This document shows, one piece after another, positions 9,605-17,439 of a DNA stretch of 64,000 bases. The stretch's first letter is position 1. Each line of letters begins with the position of its first letter. Made by a program: the position numbers and the translations under genes. The DNA is from an uncultured Bifidobacterium sp. (lineage in GTDB: Bacteria; Bacteroidota; Bacteroidia; UKL13-3): assembly GCA_964529175.1 (NCBI GenBank), contig CAZGVO010000010.1, positions 127,933 to 191,932 of the forward strand, read 5' to 3'. The notes beneath the pieces were generated by a model. It was not told the origin of the DNA and made no database searches. It saw only the letters and a list, made by a program, of their open reading frames with translations.

Positions 9605-10330
9605 ATGAATTTAAGTAATAATAAAATACTCATAACTGGCGGTGCTACAGGCATTGGCTTAGGTTTAGCCGAACGTTTTTTAAACGAAGGAAACAAGGTA
9701 ATTATTTGCGGTAGAAGACAAGAAGCTTTGAATGAAGCCCAAGGTAAGTTTCCAGCATTAATTACCAAACAATGCGATTTAAACAATGAAAATGATAGAA
9801 TAGAATTGTTTAATTGGATTCAAACCAATCATAATGATTTAAATGTGTTAGTTAATAATGCAGGTATTCAAAATTGGATGAATATAACCGATGAAGACTT
9901 TTACCAACGTGCCAAAACAGAAATAACCACCAATATTGAAGCACCTATTCATTTAACTACTTTGTTTATGAATATGACAAGTTTAAACACCATTATGAAT
10001 GTTACTTCGGGTTTATCGTTTGTGCCATTAACCAAAACTCCAGTTTACTCGGCTACCAAAGCGTTTTTTCATTCGTTAACTTTATCATTAGCTGAGTTAT
10101 TAAAAGCTAAAAATATTGAAGTAATTGAAATAATTCCGCCTGCTTTAAATACCGATTTAGGTGGAAAAGGTTTACATGACCAAGCGCCACCTGTAAGTGC
10201 TTTTATTGAATCAATTTTTGAGCAATTGAAAGAAGGAAAAACTACCTTAACTTTTGGTTTTAGTGAAATGATGAGCAAAGCAACTCCTGATGAGTTAAAA
10301 CTAGCATTTGCTAGAATGAATCAAGCTTAA
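9605..10330 (+). CDS. SDR family oxidoreductase
   Basis: TGGATGIGLG Rossmann motif, NNAG, and YSATKAF catalytic YxxxK. Confidence 0.85.
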   Translation: MNLSNNKILITGGATGIGLGLAERFLNEGNKVIICGRRQEALNEAQGKFPALITKQCDLNNENDRIELFNWIQTNHNDLNVLVNNAGIQNWMNITDEDFYQRAKTEITTNIEAPIHLTTLFMNMTSLNTIMNVTSGLSFVPLTKTPVYSATKAFFHSLTLSLAELLKAKNIEVIEIIPPALNTDLGGKGLHDQAPPVSAFIESIFEQLKEGKTTLTFGFSEMMSKATPDELKLAFARMNQA

Positions 10331-10354
10331 TAATTTACACCCAATTTTAAACAC

Positions 10355-11683
10355 ATGAGCAAACTAATACGCGGATTAAACTTAAGCCAAGCCACATCGC
10401 TTAATATGATTGATATGGTGGGAATTGGCCCATTTGTAACCATTCCATTTATCATTCATACCATGGGCGGTCCACAGTGTATATTGGCATGGCTTTTAGG
10501 TGCATTGCTTTCGTTTATGGATGCCTTTGTTTGGTCGGAATTAGGTGCCAAATGGCCACAAGCAGGCGGCTCGTATGTGTTTTTACAAAAGTTATATGGC
10601 AAAAAATATGGGCGAATGCTTTCGTTTTTATTTGTTTGGCAAACCAGTATTCAAGCGCCTTTGGTAGTGGCTTCGGGCTCTATAGGTTTTGCTCAATATT
10701 TAACTTATTTATTGCCATTAACCGATATTGAACAAAAAATGGTTTCCGGTTCATTGGTGCTTTTATTGGTTTGGATTTTATACCGAAACATAAAAACATT
10801 GGGCAAACTTTCAGTAATTATGTGGGTAGTAGTTGGCTCCACTATTTTATGGTTAATAGCTTCGGCTTTTACCCATTTCGATGCACAAATGGCCTTTAGT
10901 TTTCCGGCTGATGCTTTCGATTTAAAACCCATGTTTTTTGTGGCTTTAGGGCAAGCTTCGGTTAAAAGTATTTACTCGTATTTGGGTTATTACAATGTGT
11001 GTCATTTAGGTGGCGAAATTATCAATCCTCAAAAAAATATTCCTCGTAGTATTTTTATTTCCATTGCAGGAATAGCAGCGCTTTACATAAGTATGCAAAT
11101 TGGTATTTTAGGTGTAATTCCTTGGCAAGAAGCTCAAAATTCAACTTTTATTGTGAGCGCATTTTTCGAAAAATTATATGGACATGCTACTGCGCAGTTT
11201 GCCACAGGATTGATATTATTTATTGCCATTACTTCATTATTTGCTGTGATGTTAGGTTACTCGCGAGTGCCTTATGCAGCAGCACGAGATGGTAACTTTT
11301 TCAAGGTGTTTGCCAAATTGCATCCCACTAAAAATTTTCCATACATATCGTTATTGGTGCTTGGTGGATTGGCTTTTTGTTTTAGTCTTTTATTTAAATT
11401 GAAAGATGTAATTACAGCCATTATTGTAATGCGTATTTTGGTTCAATTTATTAGTCAATCAGTTGGTTTAATTGCTTTACATTACCGTTCTAAAAAGTTA
11501 CGATTGCCATATAAAATGCCTCTTTTTCCAATCCCAGCTGTATTAGGAATATTGGTTTGGTTATTTGTGTTTTTAAGCAGCGATTGGCAATATATAGTTG
11601 GTGCTTTGGGTATTATAGTTTCAGGTTTAATATTGTATTTTATTAAAGAACATTATACAAAAACAATGATTACAAATAATTGA
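10355..11683 (+). CDS. APC family amino acid permease
   Basis: 442 aa, about 12 TM helices, N-terminal GIGPFVT and WSELGAKWPQAGGSY motifs typical of APC transporters. Confidence 0.8.
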   Translation: MSKLIRGLNLSQATSLNMIDMVGIGPFVTIPFIIHTMGGPQCILAWLLGALLSFMDAFVWSELGAKWPQAGGSYVFLQKLYGKKYGRMLSFLFVWQTSIQAPLVVASGSIGFAQYLTYLLPLTDIEQKMVSGSLVLLLVWILYRNIKTLGKLSVIMWVVVGSTILWLIASAFTHFDAQMAFSFPADAFDLKPMFFVALGQASVKSIYSYLGYYNVCHLGGEIINPQKNIPRSIFISIAGIAALYISMQIGILGVIPWQEAQNSTFIVSAFFEKLYGHATAQFATGLILFIAITSLFAVMLGYSRVPYAAARDGNFFKVFAKLHPTKNFPYISLLVLGGLAFCFSLLFKLKDVITAIIVMRILVQFISQSVGLIALHYRSKKLRLPYKMPLFPIPAVLGILVWLFVFLSSDWQYIVGALGIIVSGLILYFIKEHYTKTMITNN

Positions 11684-11796
11684 AATTCATTTATTATATT
11701 AAAGTACCTTATTACTTAGTAAAACCTTTGACTTTGATCACTAAAAGGTAGTATTGGTATGGTTACCTTGTATGTTCAAATTAAAAAAAATCAATT

Positions 11797-12204
11797 ATGA
11801 AAATTACAATAAGTAATCATACAACTCTTGAAGAAGTTCAGGATGCATTTAATATACGTTTTCCATTTTTAAAAGTAGCGTTTTTTGCAGATTTAAATAA
11901 ACCTTTAAATGCTGAAAATATGGTAAAAAACCATCAAATGGAAATTGGTAAACTATCGCCAATAGCAGCATTAGAAGGGATTGAAATACACGGCACAACT
12001 ACTGTGAAACAACTAGAAAATGCTTTCAATACCCAATTTGGAATAGCTGCGCAAGTTTTTCATAAACGTGGGCATTCATGGATTTTAACTACCACTTCTG
12101 ACGATGCAACATTGGATGCTTTAAATTCAAAAGCGGCTGAAGATACCAAACCATTACCCAAAGAAGAGATAACCGATTCTGCCGACAGAATGGATTTGGA
12201 ATAA
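11797..12204 (+). CDS. Hypothetical protein with internal duplication
   Basis: 135-aa ORF followed by a strong terminator. Residues 3-30 and 62-89 are a diverged repeat (LEEVQDAFNIRFPFLKVAFF vs VKQLENAFNTQFGIAAQVFH). Confidence 0.5.
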   Translation: MKITISNHTTLEEVQDAFNIRFPFLKVAFFADLNKPLNAENMVKNHQMEIGKLSPIAALEGIEIHGTTTVKQLENAFNTQFGIAAQVFHKRGHSWILTTTSDDATLDALNSKAAEDTKPLPKEEITDSADRMDLE

Positions 12205-12240
12205 AAAAGAGAAGAAATAAATTCAGTAATTTTATGAAAT

Positions 12241-12274
12241 AAGAAGCGCTTTTAAGTTTTAAAAAGCGCTTCTT
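12241..12274 (+). terminator. Rho-independent terminator
   Basis: 13-bp perfect stem aagaagcgctttt/aaaagcgcttctt followed by a T-rich tail. Confidence 0.8.
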
Positions 12275-12292
12275 TATTTTATATTTGTTAGT

Positions 12293-12865
12293 ATGAAGAT
12301 AAAATTATTTTTGGGTGCTTTGGTCTGCTGGTTTCTTCTTAGTTGTAATCCAAATACAGAATGTCCACCTAGTTCTAAAGTTTATTATGAGAATCTTATT
12401 CTAAAAGTACCATACCAACTTAATGATTCGGTAACATTCGAAGATTCTATTGGTCATGAATTGACTTTTTATTTGAATAAAATAAATTCAGGTTTTGTGG
12501 AAGGTTATGACAATATAGGTTTAGATTGTGGTAGTCAATATTTACATAAATATGAGTATTCTAAATATTATTTTAGTGAGAAAAATAATAAATCTAATTT
12601 ATGGATTGGTAACTATAGGAAATCCGACACAATATTTTCTGGAGGTGGTTATTATTTGTTAGTCACTATTAATGGAGATAATTATGAACTTCCATCTGAT
12701 TTTATTCAAAATACTTATGGAAACACTACAGAAACAATTTTGAATGGAAAAAAATATAATAATTTGCGTTATGAATATTATGAAAATAATGAATTGTATT
12801 ATTCAAAAGAATTTGGTCTTGTGTGTTTTAAAACCAATAATGTTACTTGGTTTTTAAAGAAATAA
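12293..12865 (+). CDS. Hypothetical lipoprotein
   Basis: Signal peptide with lipobox-like LLSC, Tyr/Asn-rich mature part. No recognisable family. Confidence 0.5.
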   Translation: MKIKLFLGALVCWFLLSCNPNTECPPSSKVYYENLILKVPYQLNDSVTFEDSIGHELTFYLNKINSGFVEGYDNIGLDCGSQYLHKYEYSKYYFSEKNNKSNLWIGNYRKSDTIFSGGGYYLLVTINGDNYELPSDFIQNTYGNTTETILNGKKYNNLRYEYYENNELYYSKEFGLVCFKTNNVTWFLKK

Positions 12866-12994
12866 AACTTTTTAATAAATTAATTACGGAATATTTTGAA
12901 GCTAGAGGCCAACCGCCAGCCGCTAAAATCACCACTAAAAATAATCCATAATCTTCCGAACTTTTTGAGTAGTTTTGTGTTCGTTTTTATATAA

Positions 12995-15850
12995 ATGAGT
13001 CAATCAAATAACAAGGAAATTATCATCAAAGGCGCTCGTGCACACAATTTAAAAAATATTGATGTAAACATTAAGCGTAATAAATTAACAGTAGTTACAG
13101 GAGTTTCAGGTTCAGGTAAATCAAGTTTGGTTTTTGATACGCTTTATGCCGAAGGTCAGCGCAGGTATGTAGAAAGTTTATCAGCTTACGCCAGACAGTT
13201 TTTGGGTAAAATGAATAAGCCCGATGTAGATTATATTCATGGTATTTCACCATCAATAGCTATTGAACAAAAGGTTAATACCCGCAATGCACGCTCAACT
13301 GTTGCCACTTCAACCGAAATTTACGATTATTTAAAATTACTTTTTGCCCGCATAGGTGTTACATTTTCACCCATTAGTGGCAATATGGTAAAACGCCATA
13401 CCATTGATGATGTGGTGCAACATATTTTGGCATTGCCCGAAAATACCAAAGCCTATTTATTGGTAACCATTAATACTGAAAACGAATTGCGTAAGCAATT
13501 AGAAGTTTATTTACAAACAGGTTTTAATCGTTTGTTTTTAAACAACGAAATGCTTGATATTGAAGAGTTTTTAAGCAATGATGAATTGGTTAAAAAAACT
13601 GCAAAAGCTAAAAAAGCCGAACCTCTTTATTTGTTAATTGACCGTTTTGCGGTGCAACAAAATGATGAAGATTTTTTAAATAGAATTTCTGATTCTATTC
13701 AAACTGCATTTTTTGAAGGCGAAGGGGAATGTGTGCTACACACCATCAATGATGAAGGCAAAACCAAATACGAATTATTTAATAATCGTTTCGAATTGGA
13801 TGGACAAAAATTTGAAGAACCAAGCGTTAATTTGTTTAGTTTTAATAATCCTTTTGGAGCTTGTAAAACTTGCGAAGGTCTTGGTAATGTAATTGGTATA
13901 GACGAAGATTTGGTGGTTCCTGATAAAGGTTTATCCATTTTTGAAGATGCCATTGTGCCTTGGAAAGGCGAAAAAATGCAAGAATGGAAACAAATGTTTA
14001 TTCATGTTACCCGTAAAAACGATTTTCCATTACACAAACCATATTTTGAATTGACCCAATCGCAAAAAGATTTTTTATGGCAAGGTGGTGCGGGTTGGCC
14101 CGGATTAAATGGCTTTTTTAAAGAGTTAGAGAAACAAACGTATAAAATTCAATACCGTGTAATGTTAGCACGTTATCGAGGTAAAACTACTTGTTACGAT
14201 TGTAGAGGAACACGTTTGCGCCAAGATGCCAATTATGTAAAATTGGTTAATTCAAATAAATCGGATGCGGTTTATACTTTTAATGGCGATAGTGAATACG
14301 CTTGTTTATCGGTGCTTTTATTAATGAGTATTGATGACTGTGTGGCCTATTTTCAAAACTTAAAACTTTCTGAAACACATCAAAAAATAGCAAACAGAAT
14401 TTTGGTTGAAATAACCAATAGATTGAATTTTTTGCAAAATGTAGGTTTAGGTTATTTGTCGTTAAACAGACTTTCGAGCACTTTAAGTGGTGGTGAAACA
14501 CAGCGTATAAATTTAGCTACTTCGTTAGGTTCAAGTTTGGTTGGCTCATTGTATATTTTAGATGAACCAAGTATTGGTTTACATCCGCGCGATACTGAAA
14601 ATTTGATAAGAGTTTTACAAAAACTGCGTGATATTGGAAATACAGTTGTGGTAGTTGAACACGATGAAGAAATCATGCAAACAGCCGATGAAATCATTGA
14701 CATTGGACCTTTGGCAGGAATTCATGGTGGCGAAAAAGTATCGCAAGGAAATATTGATTTTATAAAAAACGATACCAATAGTTTAACCGGAATGTTCTTA
14801 TCGGGAGTTAAAAAAATTGAGGTTCCTACCAAACGCAGAAAGTGGAAAGATTATATTGAAATAAAAGGCGCTAGGCAGCATAACTTAAAAGGTTTTGATG
14901 TAAAGTTTCCTTTACGAGCATTTACGGTGGTTACAGGCGTTTCAGGAAGTGGAAAAACTACTTTAATTAAAAAGATTTTATATCCTGCTATTCAAAAGCA
15001 TTTAGGTAATTACACAGGCGAAAAAACTGGTGCTCACGAAAGTATTGGTGGAGATATAAAAACCATTACACAAATTGAAATGGTTGATCAAAATCCAATT
15101 GGAAAATCGAGCAGGAGTAACCCCATAACTTATATAAAAGCTTACGATGCCATTAGAGATTTATATTCGCAATTAGCTATTTCGAAAGCAAGAGGTTTTA
15201 AACCGCAACACTTCAGTTTTAACGTAGAAGGTGGTCGCTGCGAAACTTGCCAAGGCGAGGGTGAAGTAACCATTGAAATGCAATTTATGGCCGATATACA
15301 TTTGCCATGCGATGAATGTAAAGGTGCAAGGTTTAAGGAAGAGGTTTTAGATGCCAAACACAATGGTAAAAGCATCAGTGATTTGTTGAACATGAGCGTG
15401 GATGAAGCGTTAGAGTTTTTTCACGATGAAACTACCATTGCCAATAAAATTAAACCATTAAGCGATGTAGGTTTGGGTTATATCAAATTAGGTCAATCGA
15501 GCAATACTTTAAGTGGGGGTGAGGCTCAACGCGTAAAATTGGCTTCGTTCTTGGGCAAACGTGCAAGTTCAGAACATGTATTATTTATTTTTGATGAGCC
15601 AACTACTGGATTACATTTTAACGACATCAATAAATTATTGACTTCGTTTAACGCATTAATTGATCAAGGACACACCATTATTGTTATTGAACACAATATG
15701 GATGTGGCTAAATGTGCGGATTATATTGTAGACCTTGGTCCGCAAGCTGGCGATGAAGGCGGAAACTTAGTGTTTGCTGGTTTGCCCGAAGATTTAGTTA
15801 ACAATACCGAAAGTTATACAGCCAAGTATTTGAAGGATAAACTGAAGTAA
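12995..15850 (+). CDS. uvrA: Excinuclease ABC subunit A
   Basis: Two ABC modules (GVSGSGKSS, GVSGSGKTT, LSGGETQR, LSGGEAQR) plus Zn-finger Cys pairs (CKTCEG, CETCQGEG). 951 aa. Confidence 0.97.
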   Translation: MSQSNNKEIIIKGARAHNLKNIDVNIKRNKLTVVTGVSGSGKSSLVFDTLYAEGQRRYVESLSAYARQFLGKMNKPDVDYIHGISPSIAIEQKVNTRNARSTVATSTEIYDYLKLLFARIGVTFSPISGNMVKRHTIDDVVQHILALPENTKAYLLVTINTENELRKQLEVYLQTGFNRLFLNNEMLDIEEFLSNDELVKKTAKAKKAEPLYLLIDRFAVQQNDEDFLNRISDSIQTAFFEGEGECVLHTINDEGKTKYELFNNRFELDGQKFEEPSVNLFSFNNPFGACKTCEGLGNVIGIDEDLVVPDKGLSIFEDAIVPWKGEKMQEWKQMFIHVTRKNDFPLHKPYFELTQSQKDFLWQGGAGWPGLNGFFKELEKQTYKIQYRVMLARYRGKTTCYDCRGTRLRQDANYVKLVNSNKSDAVYTFNGDSEYACLSVLLLMSIDDCVAYFQNLKLSETHQKIANRILVEITNRLNFLQNVGLGYLSLNRLSSTLSGGETQRINLATSLGSSLVGSLYILDEPSIGLHPRDTENLIRVLQKLRDIGNTVVVVEHDEEIMQTADEIIDIGPLAGIHGGEKVSQGNIDFIKNDTNSLTGMFLSGVKKIEVPTKRRKWKDYIEIKGARQHNLKGFDVKFPLRAFTVVTGVSGSGKTTLIKKILYPAIQKHLGNYTGEKTGAHESIGGDIKTITQIEMVDQNPIGKSSRSNPITYIKAYDAIRDLYSQLAISKARGFKPQHFSFNVEGGRCETCQGEGEVTIEMQFMADIHLPCDECKGARFKEEVLDAKHNGKSISDLLNMSVDEALEFFHDETTIANKIKPLSDVGLGYIKLGQSSNTLSGGEAQRVKLASFLGKRASSEHVLFIFDEPTTGLHFNDINKLLTSFNALIDQGHTIIVIEHNMDVAKCADYIVDLGPQAGDEGGNLVFAGLPEDLVNNTESYTAKYLKDKLK

Positions 15851-15872
15851 ATTGAAACTTGATAGGGTTTTT

Positions 15873-15897
15873 GTTGCAGCCTGAGGACGCCTGCAAC
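15873..15897. repeat. GC-rich hairpin inside a 44-nt GC island (15873-15916)
   Basis: gttgcag-N11-ctgcaac, a perfect 7-bp stem. There is no T-run on either strand, so it is not a canonical terminator. Local GC is far above the window background. Confidence 0.6.
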
Positions 15898-15916
15898 GGC
15901 TGGACTAGGGGGAGAT

Positions 15917-16414
15917 TTAGAGTTTAAATATCCTTAAATCACGGTCTCGAAGATGTTTTTCATCCCAATTTTGGTCAAACTTAATTTTAGGGTGTTCAAT
16001 TCTATTTTGAAGGTCTAAATAAATTTGCTTATCAATATTTGTTAATGAAGTTTTTACTCCCAATTTGTTCAAGATTATTGAATCAATAGGGCAATGTAAA
16101 ATGATTTCATTCCTTTTACTTTGTGAATTACTCAGATAAAAATGATATTTTAAAAGAACATTTATTGGTTTTTGTGCTTGTCCAAATGAAATAGAATTAA
16201 AATCAAACTGTAGTTTGTCAATTGAGCCAATAATTTCACTCTCATTTAATAACTCATTATCCATTTTATAGGATAGATTTGAAAATTCTTCAAATACTCG
16301 AAAAGTAAAATCTTTTTGTTGTTTTTTATCTAGCTTTTTTCCTACAGAGCGCATTATCATTGTTGCGTTATAGAGAATTAAATATATACTTTTTTGTTGA
16401 ATAGTTAAATTCAT
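15917..16414 (-). CDS. Hypothetical cytoplasmic protein (165 aa)
   Basis: ATG-started ORF 24 nt downstream of the 16439-17104 gene. No signal peptide and no family recognised. It contains FGQAQKPINVLLKY and RNEIILHCPID segments. Confidence 0.5.
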   Translation of the reverse strand: MNLTIQQKSIYLILYNATMIMRSVGKKLDKKQQKDFTFRVFEEFSNLSYKMDNELLNESEIIGSIDKLQFDFNSISFGQAQKPINVLLKYHFYLSNSQSKRNEIILHCPIDSIILNKLGVKTSLTNIDKQIYLDLQNRIEHPKIKFDQNWDEKHLRDRDLRIFKL

Positions 16415-16438
16415 TGTGTAAATATTTTAACAACTAAA

Positions 16439-17104
16439 TTATAATGCCTCAATGAATTTAAGAAAGTAGTAAGTTCCTGTTTTTTTGCCATTCAAATTTT
16501 CTAAACTGTCTGGAAAATACATTTGCCCCTCAATACGACCACCAGCTCGATATTTTACACCTTTATATAATGTGCTGATTTCATAGAATTGAACTTCATA
16601 TCCTTTATTATACCCGAGACTACTTTCTATTGATTTAAAAATAATGTAGTCAGAAGTTTTCTCTTTACTTAATTTTATTTTTACTTGAAAATCAATAATT
16701 TCTGATTTTCCAATTTGCCTTGCCACCTGTCTTTTATACTCGCCAATCGCACCTGCCAAAGTGTAAGGTAAAAGAATACTTATCATTGATTGATAGCTAG
16801 GTATTGATGTTGCCCAAAAGGCTTCAGTATCATAGAATCCTTCAAACGTAATTGTTCCCTTTGAATTTTTGTAGTCAACTTTAATTATAGCATCGCAAAT
16901 ATTTGAGCTACTTGGGTTTTCGCTAGTTGCTTGGTTTAAAATTGAAATTAAATATTTTTTATTCTTTTTAAATGCATCTGCTACATTTTTGCTTAGCCCA
17001 TTAACACTGATTTCTTGAATACAACTTTCTTGAAATTGTTGGCTATATGTTGGTTGAAAAATAAGAGAGAATAGTATTCCTGTCAAAATTAGTTTTAGTT
17101 TCAT
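16439..17104 (-). CDS. Hypothetical secreted protein (221 aa)
   Basis: N-terminal signal peptide (MKLKLILTGILFSLIFQPTYSQ). No recognisable domain. Confidence 0.5.
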   Translation of the reverse strand: MKLKLILTGILFSLIFQPTYSQQFQESCIQEISVNGLSKNVADAFKKNKKYLISILNQATSENPSSSNICDAIIKVDYKNSKGTITFEGFYDTEAFWATSIPSYQSMISILLPYTLAGAIGEYKRQVARQIGKSEIIDFQVKIKLSKEKTSDYIIFKSIESSLGYNKGYEVQFYEISTLYKGVKYRAGGRIEGQMYFPDSLENLNGKKTGTYYFLKFIEAL

Positions 17105-17169
17105 TGATTTCTATTTTAGTTTTTGTCCTTACGTTGTATTTAATAGCTTACTTATAAATAATTTATATA

Positions 17170-17194
17170 AGAAGTTTTTCCCCTAAAAACTTCT
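17170..17194. other. Isolated 10-bp hairpin in gene-less spacer
   Basis: agaagttttt-cccct-aaaaacttct. No flanking T-run. Confidence 0.4.
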
Positions 17195-17439
17195 CCAATC
17201 CACCCAAATTTAGCTGGCTTGGAGCAATTTTAGTTCGCTTTTCTTTCCCACAATTATATTCAATTGTTTTGAAAACAGATTTGGTATTTACTTTTTTAAT
17301 AGAAATTTCTGGATTATAAGGAAATAATTATTCTAAAAAATTACCACGAAAAATGGTTGTTAACATTTAATGCATAGTTTAAAAATGGCTACAAATTTTA
17401 CCAGTAAATAAACTTAATTTAGCAGCTTAATTAGTAAAA

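Noticed and set aside
12280-12287. TATATTTG match to the Bacteroidota -7 promoter consensus TAnnTTTG.
   Set aside because: It lies only 5 nt before the ATG at 12293 and has no TTG at the -33 position. It is too weak to call as a promoter.
12901-15908. CCAGCCG (12916-12922) and its complement CGGCTGG (15898-15904) flanking uvrA, considered as inverted repeats of a mobile unit.
   Set aside because: A 7-mer match is expected about once by chance in a window of this size and composition, and uvrA is a core gene.
17165-17330. Open frame of about 50 codons on the minus strand, considered as a small gene.
   Set aside because: It has no start codon after the upstream in-frame TAA. It is kept only as a possible gene remnant in the findings.
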